DNA from: an uncultured Gemmatimonadaceae bacterium | GTDB taxonomy: Bacteria > Gemmatimonadota > Gemmatimonadetes > Gemmatimonadales > Gemmatimonadaceae | DNA length: 64,000 nt | Direction: 5' to 3' | Assembly: GCA_963761305.1 (NCBI GenBank) | Contig: CAVXGK010000002.1 | Coordinates: 2,402,781-2,466,780, forward strand | Shown: positions 1-7,552 of the stretch, in pieces | Layout of the letters: each line of letters begins with the position of its first letter | Numbering within the stretch: position 1 is the first letter of the stretch | Notes under the pieces: model-generated | Seen by the model: only the letters and a program-made list of their open reading frames with translations | What the model was told of the DNA's origin: nothing | Database searches by the model: none | Position numbers and translations under genes: made by a program

Positions 1-1
1 G

Positions 2-691
2 CTCTCCCAGATCGAGACGGCGCTGCAAAGCAAGCTCGGGGCGACCGACGATTCGGTCGCCGCGGCGGCGGGTGACACGACGCTCCTTCGGGCGCTCGAC
101 GTGCCGACGCCGACGCTCGAGGGCTACCTCTTTCCCGACACGTACATCTTCCCCGAAGGCACGACGGCGCGTGGCGCCGTCGCGCTCATGGTGCACCGTT
201 TCGAGCAAGTCTGGAAACCCGAGTGGACCGCACGGCTCGACACGATTCACCTTTCTCGAAACGAGGTGGTAACGCTGGCGTCGCTCGTCGAGAAAGAAGC
301 GCGCATGCCGGAGGAGCGGCCGGTGATCGCCGCTGTCTACCTCAACCGGTTTCGCGCGGGTGAGCTGTTGCAGGCCGATCCCACCGTCCAGTACGCGCTC
401 GGCAAGCACGTGGCGCGCGTGTATTTCAAGGATCTCGAAGTCGATTCGCCTTATAACACGTATAAACACAAGGGACTTCCGCCCGGCCCGATCGCGTCGC
501 CGGGAAAGCCCAGTCTCGAGGCGGCGCTCTACCCCGCCAACGTGCCCTACAAGTACTTCGTCGCGTTCCCCGACGGGCACCACGAGTTCCGAAACGACCT
601 CGCCGCGCACGAGCGCGCCGTGGCCGAAGCGCGCCGAGCGTGGGACTCGGCCGACGCGACGCACCGCGGCGACACGATTCGTCCCAAGTAG
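2..691 (+). CDS. mltG: Endolytic murein transglycosylase MltG/YceG-like (5' end lies upstream of window)
   Basis: Frame open from base 2. Translation carries YceG-family strings EGYLFPDTY, LASLVEKEA, YLNRFRAGELLQADPTVQYA and YNTYKHKGLPPGPIASPG. Stop at 689-691. Confidence 0.9.
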   Translation, partial: LSQIETALQSKLGATDDSVAAAAGDTTLLRALDVPTPTLEGYLFPDTYIFPEGTTARGAVALMVHRFEQVWKPEWTARLDTIHLSRNEVVTLASLVEKEARMPEERPVIAAVYLNRFRAGELLQADPTVQYALGKHVARVYFKDLEVDSPYNTYKHKGLPPGPIASPGKPSLEAALYPANVPYKYFVAFPDGHHEFRNDLAAHERAVAEARRAWDSADATHRGDTIRPK

Positions 692-792
692 CGTCCCGAG
701 TAGCGGCAGCGTACCCCCCTTTGGGACAGTGGCGCGCCCGTGAGGCGGCTCCTATCTTGGCCGCGGGTCTTCACTCGAACGAAGGACGCACG

Positions 793-1584
793 ATGCGGTG
801 GGTCACCGCTGTGCCGCGACGGTTGGCAATACGCGAGGTTCGCCTGCTCGCAGCGTGCGCATGCCTGCTCACGTCGGCGACACGGCCGAGCGCGGCCCAA
901 TCCGGTGTGTTGCGCGGCGTCGTGGTCGACTCCGCCGACGGTTCACTGCTCGAGAACGTCGGCATCCTGTCCGAGGCGCTGCGCAAGGTCGCGCGCACCG
1001 ATTCCAAAGGCCGGTTCACGCTCACCCAGATGCCGGCGGGCGAAGTCGAGCTGTCGATTCGCCGCCTCGGGTACAAGCCGCAGCGTCAAACGATCGTGCT
1101 CTCCGGCGGCGTCAACGATTCGGTGAAGGTCGTGCTCGTCGCGCAGCCCGAGGTATTGCAGGCGGTCGCGGTCGACGAGTCGGAGCGCCACCACCGCCAG
1201 GGCATCGAAGACTTCTACGTGCGCCGCGCGCAGGGCATCGGCACGTTCATCACGCGCCAGCAGTTGGAAGATCTGCGCAGCACGCAGCCCACGGACGCCC
1301 TGCGCATGGTCCCGGGGATACAACTCCGCCGCTCGCGCAACGGCGAGAATACGGTGCGGTTCACCGGCACGACGTCGATCAACCACCGCGACTGCGCGCC
1401 GACGCTCTGGCTCGACGGTGAGCGCGTGCCGAACATGGAGCTGGACCAGATCCCGGCGCAGGACATCGAAGGCATCGAGTTGTACCGCGGCGCATCGACG
1501 ACGCCGGCGCAGTTCTGGCAAGGCAACTCGAACTCCACGTTGTGCGGCACGATCGTCGTTTGGAGTCGTCTCCCCGGCACGTGA
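793..1584 (+). CDS. Secreted CarboxypepD_reg-like domain protein with C-terminal TonB-plug-like domain, no beta-barrel
   Basis: ATG 793 inside ORF 640-1584 gives a signal-like LLAACACLLTSATRPSAAQ. GVLRGVVVDS..GRFTL..AGEVELSIRRLGY fits the carboxypeptidase-regulatory fold. The C-terminus (ALRMVPGIQL, LWLDGERV, IEGIELYRGASTTPAQF) resembles a TBDR plug. Paralogues at 6498, 50344 and 51222. Confidence 0.8.
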   Translation: MRWVTAVPRRLAIREVRLLAACACLLTSATRPSAAQSGVLRGVVVDSADGSLLENVGILSEALRKVARTDSKGRFTLTQMPAGEVELSIRRLGYKPQRQTIVLSGGVNDSVKVVLVAQPEVLQAVAVDESERHHRQGIEDFYVRRAQGIGTFITRQQLEDLRSTQPTDALRMVPGIQLRRSRNGENTVRFTGTTSINHRDCAPTLWLDGERVPNMELDQIPAQDIEGIELYRGASTTPAQFWQGNSNSTLCGTIVVWSRLPGT

Positions 1585-3434
1585 CGGCACGCCAAGCGAC
1601 GAAGCGCCGCGCCTGGCTCGTTCCACTCGCGGTCGCGGCGGCGACGTTCGTCGCGTTCCTGCCCGCGCTGGACAACGGGTTCGTGAGCTGGGACGACGAA
1701 AAGAATTTCGTCAACAACCCGCACTTCCGCGGCCTCGGTCCGGCGCAGCTGCACTGGATGTGGACCACGTTCCACATGGGCCACTACGTGCCGCTGTCGT
1801 GGATGACGTTGGGCCTCGACTACACGCTGTGGGGGATGAACCCGCTCGGCTACCACCTGACGAGCCTCCTCCTGCACGCGGCGAACGCCGTGTTGGTCTA
1901 CGCCATTGCGCGCCACCTGTTGCAGCGAAGCGAATGGACGCGGCTTCGAGGCCGAGAGGATCTGGTGACGCTCGGCGCAGCCGCGGCAGCGCTGTTGTTC
2001 TCCCTCCATCCGCTGCGCGTGGAGTCGGTGGCGTGGGCCACCGAACGGCGAGACGTTCTCTCGGCGTTCTTCGCGCTGGCGACCATTCTCGTCTACCTGC
2101 GCGCCGTCGAAGAGGCGCGGCCAAGCGCCGGCCGGCGCTACTGGGCGGCGGTCGCACTGTTCGTCTGCGCGCTGCTGTCCAAGGCGACGACGATGACCGT
2201 TCCCGCCGTGTTGGCCATCTTGAATGTGTATCCGCTCAAGCGACTGGGCGGCGACAAAGGATGGTGGAGCGACGGCGCGCGTCGCGTTTACGCTGAGCTG
2301 ATCCCCTTCGCGATCCTGTCGGCCGGCGCCGCCGTACTGTCGATCGTCGCGCTGCACCCGCCCGGACAGCTGGGTCCCGCGCAGAAGCTGGCCGTGTCGG
2401 CGTTCAGTCTCGCGTTCTATGTATGGAAGACGATCGTGCCGATCGGGCTCTCGCCGCTATACCAGATGCCGCAGCACGTCGACCCGGCGGAGCTTTGGTT
2501 TCTCGTGAGCTACCTGGCGATCGCCGGGTTGGCTCTCGTCGCCTGGCTGGCGCGACGACGGGCGCCCGCGGTCACGGCGGCGCTGGTGGTTTTCGTGGTG
2601 ATCACGCTGCCGATGCTCGGCGTGGTACAGAACGGACCGCAGATCGCCGCCGATCGATACACCTATCACGCGGCGCCGGCGCTCGCGATGCTGGGTGCGA
2701 TGGCGTACCTGTCGCTACCGCATCCGCGCGCGCTGGTATCGATCGTTGGACTCTCGGCCGTGCTCGTGATCCTCGGCACGTTGACGTGGGCGCAGACCAG
2801 AGTGTGGCGAACGTCGGAATCACTCTGGGCGCGTGTGATCGAAGAAGACAGCACGTCGTCGATCGCGCTGGCCGCGATGGCCAACATTCGGTTCACACAG
2901 GATCGTGTCGCCGAAGGAGTCGCGCTCAGCGAGCGCGCTGTCGCGTTGGCGCCCGGCTCGTCCGAGGCGCATAACACGCTCGGCGTCGGCTACGCGCGCA
3001 CCAATCGTGGCCCCGACGCAATCGCCGAGTATAGGCGGGCGATCGAGCTCAAACCGGAATACGACGAGGCGGAGAACAATCTTGGGATCGCGCTGGCGAG
3101 CAGCGGCGCGTTGGACAGCGCGATCGCGCACTATCGTCGAGCGTTGGCGATCAACCCGGATCTCGCCGGCGCGGAGATCAACTGGGGCAACGCATTGGTG
3201 CGCGGCAACCGGCCCGCCGAGGCCATCCCTCACTACGAGCGCGCGTTGTCGGTGCAACCGGCGAATGCCGACGCCCATCTCAACTGGGGTGTCGCACTGG
3301 CGACCGAAGGCAAGTACGCCGACGCCGTCGAGCAATTTCGCGCGGTGCTCGCGATCGAGCCGGAGAATCGGGAGGCGGCGGGGTACCTCGAGCGCGCGAC
3401 GGGGTTGATGCGCGCCACTCCGCCGGGCGCCTGA
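1542..3434 (+). CDS. Polytopic membrane protein with C-terminal TPR repeats (TMTC/PMT_2-like GT-C glycosyltransferase family)
   Basis: 630-aa ORF with an FVSWDDEKNFVNNPHF motif, many hydrophobic segments and C-terminal TPR units (AHNTLGVGYART, AENNLGIALAS, AEINWGNALV, AHLNWGVALA). GTG 1581 (GTGA overlap with the upstream stop) is an alternative start. Confidence 0.85.
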   Translation: MRHDRRLESSPRHVTARQATKRRAWLVPLAVAAATFVAFLPALDNGFVSWDDEKNFVNNPHFRGLGPAQLHWMWTTFHMGHYVPLSWMTLGLDYTLWGMNPLGYHLTSLLLHAANAVLVYAIARHLLQRSEWTRLRGREDLVTLGAAAAALLFSLHPLRVESVAWATERRDVLSAFFALATILVYLRAVEEARPSAGRRYWAAVALFVCALLSKATTMTVPAVLAILNVYPLKRLGGDKGWWSDGARRVYAELIPFAILSAGAAVLSIVALHPPGQLGPAQKLAVSAFSLAFYVWKTIVPIGLSPLYQMPQHVDPAELWFLVSYLAIAGLALVAWLARRRAPAVTAALVVFVVITLPMLGVVQNGPQIAADRYTYHAAPALAMLGAMAYLSLPHPRALVSIVGLSAVLVILGTLTWAQTRVWRTSESLWARVIEEDSTSSIALAAMANIRFTQDRVAEGVALSERAVALAPGSSEAHNTLGVGYARTNRGPDAIAEYRRAIELKPEYDEAENNLGIALASSGALDSAIAHYRRALAINPDLAGAEINWGNALVRGNRPAEAIPHYERALSVQPANADAHLNWGVALATEGKYADAVEQFRAVLAIEPENREAAGYLERATGLMRATPPGA

Positions 3435-3447
3435 GCCTGTCTGCGAT

Positions 3448-3531
3448 GGGAGACGGGCGAAAACTGACGGAACTGAGTTCCGCATTCCTGCGTGTGATGG
3501 CGGTGATCGTGTGAACTACCACGGCGCCGCC
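3448..3531 (-). mobile_element. Short IS3-family transposase remnant (no start, truncated)
   Basis: Minus-strand translation reads ..VVVHTITAITRRNAELSSVSFRPSP. Its last 25 nt (3448-3473) repeat the SVGFRPSP-coding segment of the larger remnant at 5614-5639, with a 17-nt exact core. Confidence 0.3.
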
Positions 3532-3708
3532 ATTCGCTTCAGATGCCGGCGGGTCCGTGTCGCGTTGACGTCGTCGTCGAGCACGAGGAGACGACGCTTG
3601 CGATCGAATCCGTGTCTTCGAATACCATGGGGTCATTCAAGCGCAGCTCGCCCGCGACTGCCGCCGAGCGAGTCGCCCAGGAATCGCTGGTGCCTTGGCG
3701 CGGCCGCT

Positions 3709-4227
3709 ATGGGTTTGGCGATGTGCTCCACTCCCCAGCCGCCGCCAACGAGAGCGCAGGACTCCGTCGAGATTGCGCGCGACTCCGCTGCGGCGGCGAC
3801 GGACCAGGGCTATCAAGCGCAATTGGCGAGATACCGTCACGATGAGGCGATAGTCGACTCGATCACGCGTGTAGCGAGGCAGGACCCTATTCTACGGAAT
3901 GACTCGCTTTACAGAGTCTACCGGTGGGCGCTTCGGCCGCAGGGTGTAACTGTCGCCGACGTTAACATCCTGAGTTGCCTCGAGACCGCGCTGGCCATCC
4001 GCTACGGAATTGCGGCATCAGATCGCGTCGTCAAGCAGTTGCGAGACACGGTCTTTCGAGATCGGGGCATTACGAATGCAGTTGACTATTACTGGAGTCG
4101 CGCCCCGAGCCGCGGGCGGCTGGATTCGGAAAACTGTATGCGAGAACAGAGCCCTCATCCTGATGAAATCGATGGAACGTCATTGAGCCGTGAGCCGAGT
4201 CCGCCGCGGTTGAGTCCCAGCCGCTAG
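3709..4227 (+). CDS. Hypothetical small secreted protein, paralogue A (island gene)
   Basis: ORF 3511-4227, ATG 3709 preferred. By eye roughly one third identical to ORF 4835-5365 (shared DS.T, DSLYR.YR, GV, DTVF.DRGI, RAP, conserved Cys). Codon usage is atypical for this window. Start uncertain. Confidence 0.55.
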   Translation: MGLAMCSTPQPPPTRAQDSVEIARDSAAAATDQGYQAQLARYRHDEAIVDSITRVARQDPILRNDSLYRVYRWALRPQGVTVADVNILSCLETALAIRYGIAASDRVVKQLRDTVFRDRGITNAVDYYWSRAPSRGRLDSENCMREQSPHPDEIDGTSLSREPSPPRLSPSR

Positions 4228-4482
4228 CGAAACGGCGACCGTGTCATCTTTCATTGGCGCGCTCGTTGCGCTCAAGCCTCGACCAGCGCGTATCGGGTCG
4301 ACTTCACGTTACGGTACGAGGAAATTCGCGTCGCGCTCGAGGTGGATGGCTTCGAGTTCTACAGCTCGCAACAGGCGATGCTCCGCGACTATCAACGCAC
4401 GCGGCGGCTCCAGTTAGGCGGCTACGTCGTCGTCAGATTTGCGGAAGTGGAGTTCACCCGGTTTAGTAGACACCTTGGCTAG
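4228..4482 (+). pseudogene. DUF559 (Vsr-like endonuclease domain) C-terminal fragment without start codon
   Basis: Frame-1 translation YRVDFTLRYEEIRVALEVDGFEFYSSQQAMLRDYQRTRRLQLGGYVVVRFAEVEF fits the DUF559 core pattern. The frame is closed by TAG at 4225 and has no ATG/GTG ahead of the domain. Confidence 0.6.
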
Positions 4483-4640
4483 CTGACTTTGCTCATCTCT
4501 GCTTCGAACTGCACGGGTGAATCGTAGCCGAGCGATGAGAGCCGCCGCTGCCGATCCGCCGTGGTTCGACGGCCCAGCTCTTATGGGTCGCTCATCGTTG
4601 CACTCTCCCCACCATTGGTCGATCGCGCACTGAGCGTCCT
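4483..4640 (-). mobile_element. Transposase (rve/DDE integrase) C-terminal remnant, frame-disrupted
   Basis: Minus strand reads IDQWWGECNDERPIRA, then after a frame break RQRRLSSLGYDSPVQFEAEMSKVS-stop. Both resemble the W..YN.ERPHS.LGY.SP..FE tail of IS3-type transposases. Stops block the frame upstream. Confidence 0.45.
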
Positions 4641-4834
4641 ACATCGATGATGATCGCAGTCAGGCTGACGCCGAACGCGGAGTTGCCCCCGACTCGATTG
4701 ACAAGGTGTCCCTGGCTATCAGCCGGGGGGTGAAGATCGACGTCAGGACGACAAATACATTCAAGGAATTCTGTCGGAACGGGTGCCTCATTCTTCCAGC
4801 AGCTTTACTCGAGGTGTATGAGCCTTCAAAACCA

Positions 4835-5365
4835 GTGAGCTGTAGCATTCTGGCGATCGCGCTATGTGTCGCCGTTTCAGCGTTCGCGCAGAACTGCCGG
4901 TCCGCCGGGGCCGGCGGTTCTGGCAGTTCGTCCGGCGCTTCGGCTAGATCTGGCGCGGACTCACTTTACCGCGTCAGACTTGCCAGATGGCTCCGTGACT
5001 CGATCGTTCTCGATTCCATGACGGGACTGGTGCAAACCGACTCACTCTACCGACTCTACCGACACGCAGTCGAGCCGACGGGCGTGAGCGCTGCCTTAGT
5101 ACAGGCCGTTTTTTGTGAGGAGCATCGCTTGGAGATCCGGCACGGTTGGGTGCCGTCCAATCGGGCAATCCACGCTATGCTCGACACCGTTTTTCAGGAC
5201 CGAGGGATCCGGGACGGTTTTGCGTATTTCGCCGCTCGCGCGCCAGCCGAAGGACACGTCGAAGGCGGCCGGAGCGTTTGCGGCCCGTATCCACCGGCGG
5301 CTCCGCTCACGATCGGCGAGACCCGCTTGGACACGAAGTTGCCGCCGAGGCCGCGTGCGCCGTAG
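4835..5365 (+). CDS. Hypothetical small secreted protein, paralogue B (island gene)
   Basis: ORF 4706-5365. GTG 4835 yields a signal peptide VSCSILAIALCVAVSAFAQ. Paralogous to 3709-4227, with A/T-rich third positions. Confidence 0.55.
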   Translation: MSCSILAIALCVAVSAFAQNCRSAGAGGSGSSSGASARSGADSLYRVRLARWLRDSIVLDSMTGLVQTDSLYRLYRHAVEPTGVSAALVQAVFCEEHRLEIRHGWVPSNRAIHAMLDTVFQDRGIRDGFAYFAARAPAEGHVEGGRSVCGPYPPAAPLTIGETRLDTKLPPRPRAP

Positions 5366-5399
5366 AGGCGACCGGGCGACGTAGCGGGTGAATCGCCCC

Positions 5400-5745
5400 G
5401 GGATTGTCGGAGGCTCCAACTCGTGAGTGAACCGCCCCGGGGTTCGTCGGAAAGCTCGTTACGTGAGTGGTGCCTCAACGACGTGAGTACTGTCCGTCGC
5501 GGAAAATTCGAGCCTCGCAAACTCGACTTCCTCATCGCCGCGCCCGGCGCCGCGGCAATGAATCAGCTCAGTCTTGAACAGGCCGACGATGGGCGCCTAA
5601 GACTTTCTTGGGCGGGAGACGGGCGAAAACCGACGGACCAGAGGCGCCCCTTTGCGACGGTCGCCTCGCCGCTGGCGGCGATCGAATATTCTCCGTTTCA
5701 CTCGGCTGGCGAAGAATTCCAGTGCGCTGACAACCGTGACCGTTG
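5400..5745 (-). mobile_element. IS3-family transposase (OrfB) remnant, multiply disrupted
   Basis: Minus strand 5593-5504 translates PIVGLFKTELIHCRGAGRGDEEVEFARLEF (IS3 motif ES..GLFKTELI....EVE.AT.E). Positions 5650-5600 give LWSVGFRPSPAQES (compare SMGSVGD.YDNA.AES). A TAG and a roughly 10-nt insertion break the frame. Confidence 0.5.
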
Positions 5746-6420
5746 AGCCGGCGGCGTCCGAATGGAGACCCGACGACGGGTTGCGAACCTCTGCCATCGG
5801 CGACAAGTCCCCCGTTCGGTGAACAAACACCCCGGGACTCGCGAGAAGGTCCGGTAGACGAACTGAATCGTTGGCCCGCGCTTTCGATTCAACCGCCTGC
5901 CCGCGCGGTCGAGTGGCTTGAACGCTCGGACCCAATCGATGGACGGCGCGCGCCGATGGCGTGATCGAAGCAAACAGTGACTTGACCGGCGCGACCAGTC
6001 CGCTGGTCGCCGCGACCGAAGACCCGCCCGCGAGGTCCAATGCGGTGAATCAGATGGAAAACCCGGCGAGATCGGCGCGACTGGAACGGTGGCGAGGAGG
6101 AAAATACGCGCGTCGGCCCGGCGGCCAGCGAATCCCGCGTGGAACGGACCGCTGACTGTTGTTTCCGGTCCGCTGGCAGCGCGGAAGCCCGAAATCGCAT
6201 TTCGATACGCTGGGGGATCCGATGGATCCCGAGGAGTCCGGCCGAGAGAACGCGAATGCGAGCCCCTCTACTAGTATCTTATCCGCCGACGCGATTTTGA
6301 CTACATCGGGCGGCAGCTTAGACGGTTACAATCGTCATGCAGGCGTCAGCCCGACGCGGATCCAGGCGTTCTTGACGACTCCATGACGCCAGAGCGATTG
6401 TTAAGTCGATGAAGGCGCGG

Positions 6421-6449
6421 TTAAGAAAAGTGTAACACTTTGTTATATA
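6421..6449 (+). promoter_or_regulatory. Candidate sigma70-type promoter TTAAGA-17nt-TATATA with embedded inverted repeat TGTAACA-ctt-TGTTATA
   Basis: AT-rich stretch about 50 nt upstream of ATG 6498, which itself has a strong AGGAGG at 6482-6487. Hexamers match the consensus 4/6 each. Pattern match only. Confidence 0.25.
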
Positions 6450-6497
6450 GCCAACATCGCTTCCGCGGATAAGACACAAGTAGGAGGGCTCGCGTCG

Positions 6498-7511
6498 ATG
6501 AAACGATCATGCCTGGTGGGATTGTGCCTCGGTCTTTCGGCCCTCATGGGCCGGAGCGCGTCGTCGCAACAACCGGCGCCTCCCAAGCCTGCAGGACCCA
6601 AGACGCTGGTGGGTTTGGTGACCGACACGATCGGCAACCCGGTCGACAGCGTCGAACTGCTCATCGCGGCGATCAAACGACACGCGATGACCGGCGCCGA
6701 CGGCACGTTCCGCTTCGACGACCTCAAGCCCGGGCCGTACCAAATCGTCGCTCGGCGGCTCGGCTTCATTCCGACGGTTCAGTCGGTGACCGTCGGCGAC
6801 AAGGGCGGTGTGGTCTCGTTCTCGATCATTCAGGGAATCCGGGCGCTGCCGCCGGTGGTGACGTCGGCCGCGCGCGGCGGATTGAGCGGCGTCATCGGCG
6901 ACACGTCGTACAACATCGTCGAAGGGGCGCAGATCGCCGTGATCGCCAGCGACCATCGAGCGCTGAGCGATTCAATGGGCCGTTTCTTCCTCGACCTCAA
7001 CCCGGGCAAGTACATGGTGAACGTCACGCGCCCGGGCTACCGGTCGCGCCTCGTGAGCGTGACGATTCCGAACGACAGCGGCCGGCGCATGACCGTGTGG
7101 CTCACGCCGTCGAATCGCGGACAGAGCGCGCGCGACGGGTTCGCCTACGACGCGCTCGCGCTGCGGCTCGAGAATCGAAACCCTGTCTTCTCGACGATCT
7201 TCACCCGAGAGGACATCAACCGACTCGGCATCGAGGACGGCTCGCAACTAGCGAAGTTGGGATCGAACTCGCAGTTCGGACCGCCGGACGACCAATGCCC
7301 CGCCATCATCGACGGCGGGCCGACGACTCTCCCTCTCTGGGCGATCGACGCCGCCGACATCGAGGCGATGGAGACCTATGCGCCGAAACCGAAAACCGGC
7401 GCGGTCACGAGCATCGGACGCAATCGACCCATCTCCACGCAGGGCTCGAACAGCGCGCAGGCGCAGGCGCCGTGCAAGGGAGTGCGGGTGTACGTCTGGC
7501 TGAGGAAGTAG
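6498..7511 (+). CDS. Secreted protein with two CarboxypepD_reg-like domains and a plug-like C-terminus
   Basis: AGGAGG SD and signal peptide MKRSCLVGLCLGLSALMG. LVGLVTD..GNPV..GADGTFRFDDLKPGPYQIVARRLGF and GVIGD..GAQIAV..MGRFFLDLNPGKYMVNVTRPGY are two regulatory-fold repeats. C-terminus CKGVRVYVWLRK as in the paralogues. Confidence 0.85.
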   Translation: MKRSCLVGLCLGLSALMGRSASSQQPAPPKPAGPKTLVGLVTDTIGNPVDSVELLIAAIKRHAMTGADGTFRFDDLKPGPYQIVARRLGFIPTVQSVTVGDKGGVVSFSIIQGIRALPPVVTSAARGGLSGVIGDTSYNIVEGAQIAVIASDHRALSDSMGRFFLDLNPGKYMVNVTRPGYRSRLVSVTIPNDSGRRMTVWLTPSNRGQSARDGFAYDALALRLENRNPVFSTIFTREDINRLGIEDGSQLAKLGSNSQFGPPDDQCPAIIDGGPTTLPLWAIDAADIEAMETYAPKPKTGAVTSIGRNRPISTQGSNSAQAQAPCKGVRVYVWLRK

Positions 7512-7541
7512 GTGGACGGGTGGACGGGTGGACCGGTGGAC
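7511..7541 (+). repeat. Octamer tandem array (GGTGGACS) x4
   Basis: ggtggacgggtggacgggtggaccggtggac begins at the last base of the stop codon of the 6498-7511 gene. Confidence 0.9.
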
Positions 7542-7552
7542 AGCATCGCCGG

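Noticed and set aside
5386-5480. Degenerate repeats with about 39-nt spacing (gtgaatcgccccgggattgtcgg / gtgaaccgccccggggttcgtcgg, then cgtgagtg words)
   Set aside because: Only about two clear units, and they lie inside the decayed transposase remnant. Best explained as part of that scar rather than as an independent element.
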